A DNA stretch of 63,184 nt, counting the filler, from Dimargaris cristalligena (Eukaryota), in assembly GCA_003614675.1 (NCBI GenBank). It is 11 parts of 11 records of this genome, joined end to end, with 100 filler letters (N's around TTAATTAATTAA, not from the genome) between each part and the next. Parts side by side here need not be neighbours in the genome. Positions count along the whole stretch, not along the records: positions 46,084 to 51,724 come from ML003598.1; positions 51,825 to 57,457 come from ML003599.1; positions 57,558 to 63,184 come from ML003600.1; 8 more parts are not named here. One strand, 5' to 3'. The position numbers and the translations under genes are program-made. Of the stretch, positions 47,341 through 58,819 are shown piece after piece. Numbering within the stretch: position 1 is the first letter of the stretch; each line of letters opens with the position of its first letter. The notes under the pieces are model-generated. The model searched no databases, was not told the origin of the DNA, and worked only from the letters and a program-made list of their open reading frames with translations.

Positions 47341-50300
47341 CAATACTAGCGGCAATTATTCCTAATAAACCCAGTATTTACCCCTTTACCACCAAAGACA
47401 TCAGTTCACATTGGAGACTACTACAAGAGGCAGCACTCGGCGGAGTCAAAGTTAAGGCAGCAGCAGACCAAGGGGCCTCGACCAGTATCATCACTCGGGA
47501 AGCAGCTACCCGCCTACACCTTAAGATCAACCAACAGGTACGGCCCCATCTACGGGCATTTGGGGGACATAGTTATGCCCCCTCACTAGGTACGGCACGG
47601 GCACGATTTTCCACATCGGAATCATCCAAAAAACGCTGGGTAAAGTTCACTGTTATCGAGGTTGTAGCTGATATTGACGCCTTAATCGGCCGCCATGATT
47701 TAGATGCTCTGGGCCTTGATTTACGACCACCACCTGATCCGACACCAGCTCCCCAAATGGCTACCCCCTTAGGCCAGTCCGAGCTACCTAAAGTTACCCA
47801 AAGGAAAACCCTGGAACCTAGGGGATTACCAGCAGGAACCTTTACCCGAATAAATCCTCACACAGACCTAGAGTTTAAAAGGGCTAATGATCAATACCCC
47901 CTCCCTACCCAGGAAAGTGTGAGGTCGAGACTAAAGGAGCAGCTCCCGTGTGCCCTAAGTAGGAGATCCCTCCTGAGGGAGCTTATGACTGGAGCTCAAT
48001 CTCTTCGAGAGTACCCTCCAAGTTGTCCACCCCCATGTCTACTTAAGCCAATAACTCCCCCTCTGAAACCAGAGGCTAAACTCCTGTATATCCCTCAGGC
48101 CCCCAGGAGCCAGGCAGACCGGGAGTTTATGGATAACTACATTAAGACTCGCCTCCAATATGGAGTAGATGAGCCAGGTTTTGCCCATGCTAACCTGCCG
48201 GTCTACAGCTTACCAAAGCCCAATACCGATGCACGGAGAGTGATCTTAGATGACAGCCAAGGAAGCACTATCAATATGCACTCCTTAGGAATGCAGCTTC
48301 CTAAGCTTCATGAAGTCCGATCCTTTGTATGTGATGCCAAATTAATCACCAGTATTGATTTAGCCTCCTATTTCACGCAGATTAGGCTGGCAGAAGAAGT
48401 CCGGGACTTCTGGACCTTTGATGGTGGGTCCAATGGCCGAGTTCGGGCAGCCCGCCTGGTCCAAGGCAATAGCCAAAGCCCTGCAATAGCACATGCCCTC
48501 CTTATGCATGTGTTCAACAGTATTCCTGACTTACACGGCCGCTTATTAGGGTATATTGATAATATCTACCTGAAAAGTACGAATGGCAATGTCAGAGAAC
48601 ACATTCACGATATTGGCAAACTTGTTAGAAACCTTGCACTATGGGGTCTGACGATTAATATGTCTAAGAGTGAATTTGCGGGCACAAAAAACGTCGAAAT
48701 CTTAGGTTACCGCTGGTCACAAGATAACAGCTGGTCTATCCCAGATCACTGGGTGGCTGACCTCCAACAGCTACCAATGCCCCAAACAGTCAAAGAAATA
48801 CAACGTCTAACTGGTGGCATCAATGCCATATCCGCACATCTCCCATGGGCAGCCGCACTCCTGGCCCCCTTCTACGCCCTAACTGGACTTCACAGATTAA
48901 CCAAGCAGCACCTATCTGATCTCCAACCTCATTGGGAGGGGTTAAAAGAAGCCCTCTTAGACACCCAGCACCTCTATGAACCGAAGCCTGGAGAACCTCT
49001 TACCCTCCGGGTGGATGCAGCAGAGGCAGGAGTAGGGGCTGTATTACTAGCCCACACTAGTGATCAAAAGGACCAGGTAGTAGCCTACTTCAGCAAAGCC
49101 TTTGATGGCCAACAGGGAAGGCGACACCCTGGATTTCGTGAAGCATGGGGCCTAGTTAGGGCAGTACGCCACTTCTATACCTACTTAGATGGTGCAACTA
49201 ACTTAAGGATTGAGGTTGACGCTACTACTGCCTTAGGGCTCTTCAACCACAAGGACACCTGTCAGGCCGATGAATTGGCAGGGTTTCGCATAGAACTGGC
49301 TAAATTAGGAATTCATTCGTACATGATCCACCACCGGCCCGGTGAGATGCACCTTACAGCAGACTGGTTATCACGGGCCCTTCACCGCCAGAGACCCCGC
49401 AAACCTACAAAACCCAAGGTTGAGACTATTGCTGCCGTTGAAATCATTACCAGGGAAAATACTGTTAGTAGTGATGGAGGGGAGGCAATTGATATCTCCC
49501 TAACCTCCGACGATGAAGATAACAACTCAATCTCAGACCCAGCAGAATTTCGAGGCGAGTCCACCATTAGGGCAGCACTTCCCACTACCTGGCGCTGGTC
49601 CATTACCATGGAGGATCAGAAGGGTGATACTAAAATAGGGAGCTGGTATAATCTTTGTCTTCGCCGAGACTCTGAAATTGGTAGGGAGGACCCCCTATTT
49701 ACCGAGGTTAACGGCATGGCCATTCGTAATGGGCTTCTCTGTCAGTTAACTCCGGGAATATTGCCCGGTACCATGGGCAGTTGGGTCCCTCTAGCCACAA
49801 CCCCGATAATGAAAGAGGCTATAGAACACTGGCATGTAGAACTCTGTCACCCAGGTAGAGAACGACTCTTAGCCTTTGCCCAAACTCGTTTATCACACCC
49901 AGCACTCCGAGAGTCCATTGACCAATTCACCAAGACCTGCCACACATGCCAAATTAATGCCATCGCCACTATCCGTAACACTCCTCGATCCACTACCTAT
50001 GGTGACCGGAAACCAGGTGAACACCTCTATCTCGATATTGGCTACATCGGTCAAGTGGGACCAGATGAGGAGACCCAATTCCTCATCATCGCCGATGCCG
50101 CCAGCCGTTTTTACCAGGCCATACCCTTACTACAGTCTACAGCCTCGGACATAGTTGAGGGCTTACGTGATGGCTGGATAGGTACCTTTGGGAAACCCCA
50201 CTTAATCACCACTGATAATGGCCCCCAATTCACGGCAGACATCCTTAAAACCTATCTGGACCATCAAGGGATTCGGCACATATTTTCTTCTCATAGTCAC

Positions 50301-51563
50301 CCTATTTCAGAACTGGCAGAACGATATGTGGGATTGTTAAAAAACTCACTGAGGAAATGCTGGAGTCAATATGGAACCACCGAGGGTTGGACACGCTATC
50401 TCCCTAAAATCACTGCGGCACATGCTATCATACCAGACCCACATACTGGTATCTCACCATGGATGGCGCTTAAGGGAATCGAGTCAACAGTGGACATGTC
50501 ACAATTACTGCTCCATCCCGAGACTGAGGGAGGGCTGGAAGGAGTAGCACATTGGGCCATTAATCAAGCTAAGGAACGTCGTACCCGCGTCCGAAAACAA
50601 GCCATGGAACGGCACAATCAATATGTTACTAGGAGGCAGTATACTGCCGGTCAACTGGTCACTGTCAAGGTAGTACCTAAACCAGCTAACTTAGCTAGTC
50701 GGCCAGAGCGAAGGATGGGGCCATTCCGAGTCTTGGAGCGAGCCGGCCTGTCATACAAACTATCAGACCTCGATGGAAACCCCCGACCCCGAAACATTCA
50801 CGGTGATCTACTCCTCCCTTATTATGTAAGTAATAGCGATGGAGATACCCATTCTGGGGAGATAGAGGTAACACTAAACGGGCCGAGACCATTACCTCCA
50901 GATACCGGTGATGGAGAGGGTCAGAGCAATATCATAGGGGACGCAAATGATGAAGACGAGGGCGGCAGAAGTGACGAAGACCAGACTAATCACACCAACG
51001 GACCCCGAAACACTGGGAGCGATGAAACGGACATATCACCAAGAAAGCCGCGATCTCCAACTGGTAACTCAGAAGATGAATATAATAGCGAAAGTGAGGA
51101 TTTGGAGGAAGAAACATATCAATGGTTCACCTCTGAGTCGGACTCGGAATATCTATCAGATATTTGCCCAGAGCAGACGCCACTGGACGTACATACCCAT
51201 GGCACCAAGAGACAAGCTTCACAGTCCCCTACATTGGCTGAAGCATCTCACCCTACTCGCCAAAGGCTACGCGAGTCGACCAGTCCCACTCTCCTAGCAT
51301 TCCCGCATCTTCGGGAAAAGCTGAACCAAGAGGTCCGGGATTCACAAGTCATAACTTCCGAGGATGAGGAATTGCCCTGGAGTATTGTGCAACCAAGGGC
51401 GACCGTCACCACTCAGAGGGAGGAGGTCGATCCTTTCCATAGTACTCCCCATCTGAGTGATGGAGACCTGTCGGACAACGGCATGAACTACCTATCCCCC
51501 CCACTGGAGGAGGACGTCCCTACCCCAACGGCACAAGAACAATACCTCTTCTCAGAGGACTAA
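47310..51563 (+). CDS. pol: Pol (PR-RT-RNase H-IN plus ~240-aa acidic tail), highly divergent
   Basis: ADQGAS..IGRHDL (protease); SIDLASYFTQ, LVQGNSQSP, GYIDN, ILGY (RT); RVDAAEAGVGAVL, TADWLSR (RNase H); H..HPG..CHTC, LYLD / TDNGPQF / AER (integrase); MGPFRV. Confidence 0.92.
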   Translation, partial: GKSLEVVKTPPILAAIIPNKPSIYPFTTKDISSHWRLLQEAALGGVKVKAAADQGASTSIITREAATRLHLKINQQVRPHLRAFGGHSYAPSLGTARARFSTSESSKKRWVKFTVIEVVADIDALIGRHDLDALGLDLRPPPDPTPAPQMATPLGQSELPKVTQRKTLEPRGLPAGTFTRINPHTDLEFKRANDQYPLPTQESVRSRLKEQLPCALSRRSLLRELMTGAQSLREYPPSCPPPCLLKPITPPLKPEAKLLYIPQAPRSQADREFMDNYIKTRLQYGVDEPGFAHANLPVYSLPKPNTDARRVILDDSQGSTINMHSLGMQLPKLHEVRSFVCDAKLITSIDLASYFTQIRLAEEVRDFWTFDGGSNGRVRAARLVQGNSQSPAIAHALLMHVFNSIPDLHGRLLGYIDNIYLKSTNGNVREHIHDIGKLVRNLALWGLTINMSKSEFAGTKNVEILGYRWSQDNSWSIPDHWVADLQQLPMPQTVKEIQRLTGGINAISAHLPWAAALLAPFYALTGLHRLTKQHLSDLQPHWEGLKEALLDTQHLYEPKPGEPLTLRVDAAEAGVGAVLLAHTSDQKDQVVAYFSKAFDGQQGRRHPGFREAWGLVRAVRHFYTYLDGATNLRIEVDATTALGLFNHKDTCQADELAGFRIELAKLGIHSYMIHHRPGEMHLTADWLSRALHRQRPRKPTKPKVETIAAVEIITRENTVSSDGGEAIDISLTSDDEDNNSISDPAEFRGESTIRAALPTTWRWSITMEDQKGDTKIGSWYNLCLRRDSEIGREDPLFTEVNGMAIRNGLLCQLTPGILPGTMGSWVPLATTPIMKEAIEHWHVELCHPGRERLLAFAQTRLSHPALRESIDQFTKTCHTCQINAIATIRNTPRSTTYGDRKPGEHLYLDIGYIGQVGPDEETQFLIIADAASRFYQAIPLLQSTASDIVEGLRDGWIGTFGKPHLITTDNGPQFTADILKTYLDHQGIRHIFSSHSHPISELAERYVGLLKNSLRKCWSQYGTTEGWTRYLPKITAAHAIIPDPHTGISPWMALKGIESTVDMSQLLLHPETEGGLEGVAHWAINQAKERRTRVRKQAMERHNQYVTRRQYTAGQLVTVKVVPKPANLASRPERRMGPFRVLERAGLSYKLSDLDGNPRPRNIHGDLLLPYYVSNSDGDTHSGEIEVTLNGPRPLPPDTGDGEGQSNIIGDANDEDEGGRSDEDQTNHTNGPRNTGSDETDISPRKPRSPTGNSEDEYNSESEDLEEETYQWFTSESDSEYLSDICPEQTPLDVHTHGTKRQASQSPTLAEASHPTRQRLRESTSPTLLAFPHLREKLNQEVRDSQVITSEDEELPWSIVQPRATVTTQREEVDPFHSTPHLSDGDLSDNGMNYLSPPLEEDVPTPTAQEQYLFSED

Positions 51564-51724
51564 TAATACCCCGCCCGGGTGACCGACTATAGCTCTTTGT
51601 CTTCTAAATAAATAATTATTACCTTCAATTACTTCGATCTTGTTTTTTACTTCCAACCTGCCCAATTCGGTACTCCCATTATTTCTTTATAGTTACACGG
51701 CCCTACTCGGCCTTTACGGTTACA
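50867..51724 (+). mobile_element. 3' LTR; 51406-51724 shown by repeat identity, start at 50867 inferred
   Basis: PPT GGGGAGATAGA (50856-50866) then GGTAACACTAAACGGGCCGAG, an imperfect inverse of the LTR end CTCGGCCTTTACGGTTACA. Confidence 0.65.
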
Positions 51725-51824
51725 NNNNNNNNNNNNNNNNNNNNNNNNNNNNNNNNNNNNNNNNNNNNTTAATTAATTAANNNNNNNNNNNNNNNNNNNN
51801 NNNNNNNNNNNNNNNNNNNNNNNN

Positions 51825-52325
51825 TACCCCGCCGACGGGGGTCCGATTTCGCTTCCCACCGCGGGGGGGGGGCATGGGTGGGGTCGCTGGGTGCGGGTGG
51901 GGCAGCGCGCTTGGGGGTAGTACGGAGTCGTGGGTATCGGTATGCCAAGCAGCGCCCAGGGCGTCCTTCTGGGCCTGGAGGGTGGAGGTCTTGAACACCT
52001 TATCGAACATGGGGCGGCAGCAAATACAGAAGTTGGTTTTGCTGCAGTGGCAGGGGTTAAGGAGCGAGGAAATGCCCGTCTTGGACGCCGAATCTTCCGA
52101 AAGCTTCCTCCGCTTCGGGTCGTCACCTTCCTCCGGCGAATCGCAGACGCATTTGTTGTGGGTCTTGCGGACCCGGCGGTTTTCGCGGCACTTCTGGCAC
52201 TGGGTGGTGGGGCGGCCCTTGCGTTTGATTTCAATGAGGTCCCGGGAGGTGTGGGTGCAGGTGGAGGCCCGGTGGCCCTTGATGCACTTGGCACAGGCAA
52301 ACTTCTTTCCGTCGATTATGGGCAT
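51825..52325 (-). CDS. Copper-fist transcription factor (Ace1/Mac1/Haa1/Cuf1 family), 3'-partial
   Basis: MPIIDGKKFACAKCIKGHRASTCTH...KRKGRPTTQCQKCR...HNKCVC; second Cys cluster CHCSKTNFCICC. Confidence 0.93.
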
Positions 52326-53307
52326 TCTCGAGGGGCGGAGGTGGGCATGGGAACGACTGAGCGAATGGTACGAAGCAGCCCGGCTAAACTAAGTAACCAC
52401 AATAAATGAAATAAAGAAAAAGGGAAACCGACACTCAAAATAGGGAATCGCTGCAATGCGCGAGGTCGAGAGGGGAATGTAGGGTAAAGGAGAGAGGAGT
52501 TAGGGTGAGCCTAAAACGAGGGAATTAATCTAGGGTCGGGTGAAGGGGCCAGTGTGAGCTAGTTGGGCGAGCCGCCTCTGTGGGGTTGACGGCGGGTGCG
52601 GGGAAAATGGGAGCCAATAGCGTCAGTGAGAGAGAGGAGTGGCCGGGGGGTGGTGGTGACGTTTTCAGTACCGGAATTAGGTTAGTTTAAGTGCGGAAGG
52701 GGTATTATGGGCTAGCTGAAGTGAATAAGAAATAGTCTATTTGGTTAATCGGGGCCAGATGTATAAATATAAATATACAGATATAAATAGCCGACCGGGT
52801 AAAAAGGGGAATCAGACCGGTAAACTGGGGGCCTCGTGCAGCTGACGTGACGGGGTGAAATAGAACAAGAGGGGTTAGGGACGGCTGGAAGGCCGACGGC
52901 CCCACTCTTTATACTCGCTCGGTAACCCAAATGTGAGGCCTTTGAGCGATGGACAGAGGGGAGGGTATGAAATGGCGCTTCTTCGCACTGCACATCCCTC
53001 GTAATCTCTTGGCCCGGGGCCGATCCGCAAAAGGGTTTTAGCACCCCACGAATGGTTGGCTAGATTTGCGCACGCCAAGACCGAGGGCAGCGCATGAGAA
53101 ACAGTGGATCCTGTCGACGTAGTATTGGACGAGAGAGAGGGTCCTTTATGAACGGCTCAACCTTCTTCCATTAGGAAAGCGGTCCTCACTGAGCCCCCCA
53201 GCCAATCAGAGGGCCCCTGGTTGTGGTCATTACAAGCTGCGAGTTCCAAACCAAAACAACTCCAACCGCCAAACTCCGCCACAGTCCGCTTCAATCAATA
53301 CCCCCCT

Positions 53308-53336
53308 CCACACACACACACACACACTCTCTCTCT
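53308..53336. repeat. Compound (CA)n(CT)n microsatellite upstream of the kinesin gene
   Basis: cacacacacacacacacactctctctct. Confidence 0.85.
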
Positions 53337-53493
53337 ATCAGACTGTCTGGCTATATGCACCACTGCGTCTTTTTTTTATGCCTGGGTTGATCTGCCTATA
53401 TGCTTCTTCGAATTCCTTAATTGCAACCACCCCTTCTGTTCTGATTTGGCTTTACCTCGTTTCCTATCGCTCTCCTAAACCACCGTCCCCAGA

Positions 53494-56102
53494 ATGGTAG
53501 TTGATCTAAGCGGCCTTTCGAACAAGGCCAAGAACCCCGTGGCCCCGCCCAGCGGCCTGCCTACCCTTCGGCGTCCCTCCGCCATTCCCGCTCCCACCGC
53601 GGGTGCCCCCACCGTCCTTCGGCCCCCGTCCTCCTTACCCAGAGCCCCGCCTCCCGCCGCGATAGCCGACTCCGCCAGCAACCCCGCGAGCGACACTTCG
53701 GCCGGGAAGAAGCGGAAGGTCATTGAAAGCCCCGTTGCCACTAACCGCATCCAGCGGCTCAAGTTGACTGCCAGTCCCTACCGGCGGGCATCCATACGGT
53801 CGTCCCTTCGCATCAAGAACTCCCCCCGCATGGCCCGTGCTGTCCTGGGTGCTCGCAAACCGCTGGGCCGGACCTTGGCTAACCGCACCACCGTAACCCC
53901 TCTGACATCGGCCGCCCACACCGCCGCTAAGCGATCCCAGACCGCCCTTTCCAAACCCGGATCCACCGCCGCCATGACCCGTTCCTCCGCCCCGCGGCCC
54001 GGTGCCCCTTCGCTAAAATCAACTGGCGCCTCTAACCCACCCGCATCCACCGATGGTCTAGCCCGGCCGAAGCCCAAGCCCAAGCGCAACGCCTGGGATC
54101 TCAAAGTAAGTTAATGTGGATCTTATCCGGATATATTGACCCGGATCAATGTCCATCTGATCTCGGTGGGCCCGAACTTCTTTGGTCCATGGCCTCCAGG
54201 GCATGCCTTGCCCCCTATCTAAAGCGCTGTTCTGCCTGAATGGCCAATTTATTGAACCTTCCGGCCTGGCCTTTCCCATGGAGACCACGGACCACTAATG
54301 ATTAACACATTCCAATACCGCATTGATGTCTATATTATGTTGACCATTCACTTCTCCAGGGGCGGCTTCAGGATATGGAGGAGCACGCGTCGGACCTCGC
54401 CCAGCAGCTCAAGGAGAACACCGATCGCATGGGCGCCCTCCAGTCCCAGCTGGACTCCAGCGGGGCCAAAATCCTCGATTTGGAAACCTCCGGCCAGAGT
54501 CTCCAGTCCGCCATACTAGCCAAGGAGCAGGAAAACGCGTCACTAACTCGCCAACTCGCCGAGCTGCAATCTGCGATGGATCAGGTCAAGCAGGTCCACG
54601 ACCGGGAGGTGGCCCAGGTTCGTTTCCAGTATAGCGAGCAAGTGGCGGGCCTCGAAGCCTCCCAGGCGGGGTTACAGCGCGAACTCCAGGGCCTTCAGGA
54701 GGATCTGCGGCTCACCGAAGAGAGCCTACGCCTGCAGCGTGACGAAAACACCCAGCTCAAGGGTACCATCGCCCAGCAGTCCACCACCTACGAGGTCCTT
54801 GAGGGCACGTGCCAGGCCCTGCGCCGGCAATTGAGCTCCACCGAAGACACCCTGGCCCAGAGGGAGGCGCGGATCGCCGACTTGGAAGTGCAGCTGGCTG
54901 CCTCCCACGACTTGACCGCTGACCTTGAGGCCCGCCTCCGCGACGAGGAAACCACCCGGCGCCGTCTCCACAATACTATCCAAGAGCTCAAGGGCAACAT
55001 TCGGGTGTTTTGCCGCGTCCGCCCCATCCTGCCGTCCGACGGCCTCGCAACCGCTGACGGTGCCCCCGCCTCCGACTCAATGCCCCATATTCGCTATCCG
55101 GAACCCAATGAAATTGAAATCATCCAAACTACCGAGTCCGCCTCTAGTGGCAAGACTACCGCTAAAGCGATACCCTTCAGCTTCGACCGCGTTTTCCCGC
55201 CCCGCACCGATCAGTTGGCGGTTTTCGAGGAAATTGCCCAGCTGGTCCAGTCCGCCTTGGATGGCTATCCCGTCTGCATCTTCGCCTACGGCCAAACCGG
55301 AAGCGGCAAGACACACACCATGGAAGGGCCCGACCACCCCACTGAGGCCACCATGGGTATGATCCCCCGCGCAGTGCGCCAGATTTACGCCGGCGCCGAA
55401 GCCCTCAAGGCCAAAGGCTGGGTCTACACCATGGAGGGCCAGTTTTTGGAGATTTACAACGAGGCCATCCACGACCTGCTCGTGGAGTCCCCCGCCTCTT
55501 CCGCCGGCGGCAACGGCACGAGTCCCAGCGGAGGGGTCAGTACCCGGAAGCACGAAATCCGGCATATCACTGCAAGTAAAACCATCGTGACGGACGCCAC
55601 CTCCGTCGTCATGGACTCGTCCGACCAGGTCCACACCCTCCTCAAGCGGGCGTCCAAGAACCGGGCCGTGGCCGCCACCAACTGTAACGAACGGTCATCC
55701 CGCAGTCACAGCGTGTTTACCCTGCGTTTGACGGGCCGTAATTCGGCCAGCGACGAGGTGAGCGAGGGGGTCCTCAATCTCATTGACCTGGCTGGTTCCG
55801 AGCGACTTTCCCAGTCGGGCTCCACCGGGGACCGCCTCAAAGAAACCCAGGCCATCAACAAGAGCCTGAGTTGTTTGGGGGACGTTATTTACGCCATTGC
55901 CAACAGGGACAGCCATGTGCCTTACCGGAACTCCAAGTTAACCTACCTACTGCAGAACTCGCTGGGCGGCAACAGCAAGACCCTCATGTTCGTCAACATG
56001 TCGCCGCTGGCGAACAATCTCCAGGAAACCCTCTGCTCATTGCGGTTCGCCACCAAGGTCAATTCGTGCCACATTGGGACAGCCCGTCGCAACCTTAAGT
56101 AA
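53494..56102 (+). CDS. KAR3: Kinesin-14 (Kar3/KlpA/KIFC1-like); exons 53494-54105 and 54360-56102
   Basis: Splice restores AWDLKGRL; coiled coil; LHNTIQELKGNIRVFCRVRP, FAYGQTGSGKT, NERSSRSH, LIDLAGSER, HVPYRNSKLT; C-terminal motor. Confidence 0.95.
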
Positions 56103-57350
56103 CCCGCCAGTCGCTTTTTATTTTACGCCCCCACTTCGCTTGGACATGTGGTTATGATCAGTGCCCTGTGGGCCATTCGGCCTGACCCGTTTTTCCTTTT
56201 CATTGTCCTGGCGCCCCCTTGTTATCCCCCGCCACCCACTGATGCGCCATGTTCGCTGGGTTATAACCCCCTATTCCTATAATATCGATTTGCTGTAAAT
56301 GTCATTCCCGACCCATCCACCACTCCCACCTTTATAATTTATACAATAACCATTTAGTAGTATACCACTCTCCATAGCATTATGATTCAATATCATTTAG
56401 TTTATCCTTGCGCTTTGGACAATGTCCGCTTTTTCTGGAGATGGTGAGTGACGGGGATCTGGGCCAATGCTGCCCCTCCCGATCTTTCGCAAAGCGGCAC
56501 CTTTTTTTTCCATCTAGTATCGTAGCTATAGTGTTCAAGAGTCAGGCCAATGCCGGGGTCTCATTGCCCGAATTCGGGATTGGAGTCATACAATTGACGG
56601 GCCAGAACTGCCAATGGAGAGGCTATGGTAATATTGCCACGGTGATGGACGGTCTCATTAGGACGAAAGGGGGCCAAGGCTCGATTCCAATAGTACACAG
56701 GTCGGGCAGATATTGAAATGGTTCTTGTGCACTAACAGCCTTATACACGAATTTTAGCAAACAATGAGAGGATATGGCCTCAGGTAAATGGGGGAGGCTG
56801 GGTAATGTTGAGTGGAACTTGAGTGGTAATAAAATGAGCTTTTCACCATTACAGGTTGGTTTCTATGGAGAATGTGCCATTGAGGGAGGCAGCCCAAGTT
56901 CAATGAGTAAAGTATCTGATAACAATTATCCATTTGTAGTACAGGGCAGCTCCATGTTCAACACAGTGGGCTGGGAGAGATGCAAGGTTGGCTTAGCACC
57001 CATCTCAGGCTGCTTCAACACCTTGGTGCAGGGCCCCAACATCAAAGGTTTCAGGATGTTTAGGAATATGGATTGGGTGGCATCAGGGGCACTGAAACTA
57101 ATGGTAGATGAAGGGTATAAACATAGGAAATAGAATAGCTGAAGTGCTTAAAATAATACTAGTAATAAAAATAAAGTTTTATTGAATATGGATAATAGAT
57201 TCAAATAGAGCATGTCAACTTCATTTGGTAGTAACTCTGCTACTTACTCCATAAAATTCCATCATTTTAATATGCAAATTCAGATACTACAGAAAATGCT
57301 AGCTATAATGTCGAAGTAGGTATAAAAAAATCGGTAGGAAGCTATGATGG

Positions 57351-57447
57351 TGTAAAGAACTGAACTCAAATCCTTGAAAACTGAACTTTATTTAAAAAGA
57401 TAGATAATAAAAGGGAAAGGTGATGATAGACTTGCTGTTCCAAGAGG
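57351..57447 (-). mobile_element. LTR family A (partial); similarity stops just before a new TGT at 57449, possibly a nested insertion
   Basis: Matches 34370 onward and 11577-11692. Confidence 0.8.
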
Positions 57448-57557
57448 CTGTATAATGNNNNNNNNNNNNNNNNNNNNNNNNNNNNNNNNNNNNNNNNNNN
57501 NTTAATTAATTAANNNNNNNNNNNNNNNNNNNNNNNNNNNNNNNNNNNNNNNNNNNN

Positions 57558-57669
57558 AAAAATCCACTTGATGAGGCAAATACTACTGGTTGAAAATAAA
57601 CATCCCACCGATTTTCCCATACACATATCAGTTAAACCCTTATACAGCCAAGCTGAACTTCACCCATAT
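57558..57669 (-). repeat. Partial copy of the ~144-bp palindromic element
   Basis: Ends TTATACAGCCAAGCTGAACTTCACCCATAT; 57568-57617 is identical to 63135-63184. Confidence 0.85.
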
Positions 57670-58819
57670 CCTCTCCCCCTTCTCTATATTATATACCCCT
57701 ATTATTATCCATCTTTTATATCGATATGTTTTGGCCCGAATTCCTGTATGATGACTGGGTTATAATTCACTCTCTACCGTAATCAGCGCGATGTGTATGC
57801 CTACGGCGTTTAGAAACGCACTTTATGATGTCTTTTTATATGCTTGAATAAATAAAACAAATACTTTAATAATCCGTGCCGTTTCGGCCAGTATGGAAGT
57901 ATGATGGCCTTACTAGACAATGGTAATTGAAGGCTGGACTATTGTAGTTAAGTGAATTATAGAGGTGGCACCTTTCCCCGCTGGAGTTGGTTTCCAGCGA
58001 TATATTTACGAGAAATCCAGGTACGGTCTAACGGCCCTCCCCAATATGCCTTATACACCACCCCTTTTAAAATAATTGTCGTATAGGAAATGGGGGTCTA
58101 TAAGAACGCCCCGCACTATTTAGATTACAATGTAATAACGCTGTCCATCACCAATTTCAGTAACTGAGATAGCTCGAGTCAATATTCTCGACCATAATAC
58201 ATTTATTACAGACGGTTAATGGGCAATCATCATATATATATATACTATGTATCGTTCGTTTTCTAGTTGGCGGGCGCTATTTCCACCTGGTACATATACG
58301 CAGTCTAGCGGCGAGCTTTCTTGGTGGGAAGGGGCCACTGATACAAATCGATAAATTAAATTGTATTGGCATTTTTGACTTTCCTACGAGTTTACGGCTC
58401 AATCCCCGCTGGGCCATGTGATAAACCAACCTCCGCCTTCTTGACTGGCTATTCAATTTACCCTTTTTAGCCTCCTTAATACTACCCAGTGCAACGAGTA
58501 CCCAGAACACCGCTATTACCCAGGTTATGTCGATGAATACGCTACAAGATGATCGCACATAAAGTGCCTGGGTTAGGCATATACAAAGAAGGCCGCTTAA
58601 AGTAAGCATCCCTAAAAACTAAAAAACTGTATTTAGCCATATTAATTCACTTCTTCGACCCTGTAGAACAGTTGTATTAGGATATCATTGTGAATAAGAT
58701 CGATTGACTATATTAATAGGGCGATTAATGGCATGTGTAAAATACCGACAGGCTAGTTCAATAAAATACGATAGGAAAATAATTATGCGAATACAAGGGA
58801 GAAGGAGATGGGGGGGGGA

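Noticed and set aside
46084-51724. Circular replicon or DIRS/Penelope reading of contig 9
   Set aside because: DDE integrase, PR-RT-RH-IN order, CA terminus and a mismatch between the repeats fit an LTR element.
56774-57133. 119-aa ORF downstream of the kinesin
   Set aside because: CG-poor decayed sequence next to an LTR; no recognisable homology.
5692-57557. TTAATTAATTAA recurring about every 5.7 kb, and any gene clustering across it
   Set aside because: Artificial linker between size-sorted contigs; adjacency across spacers has no biological meaning.
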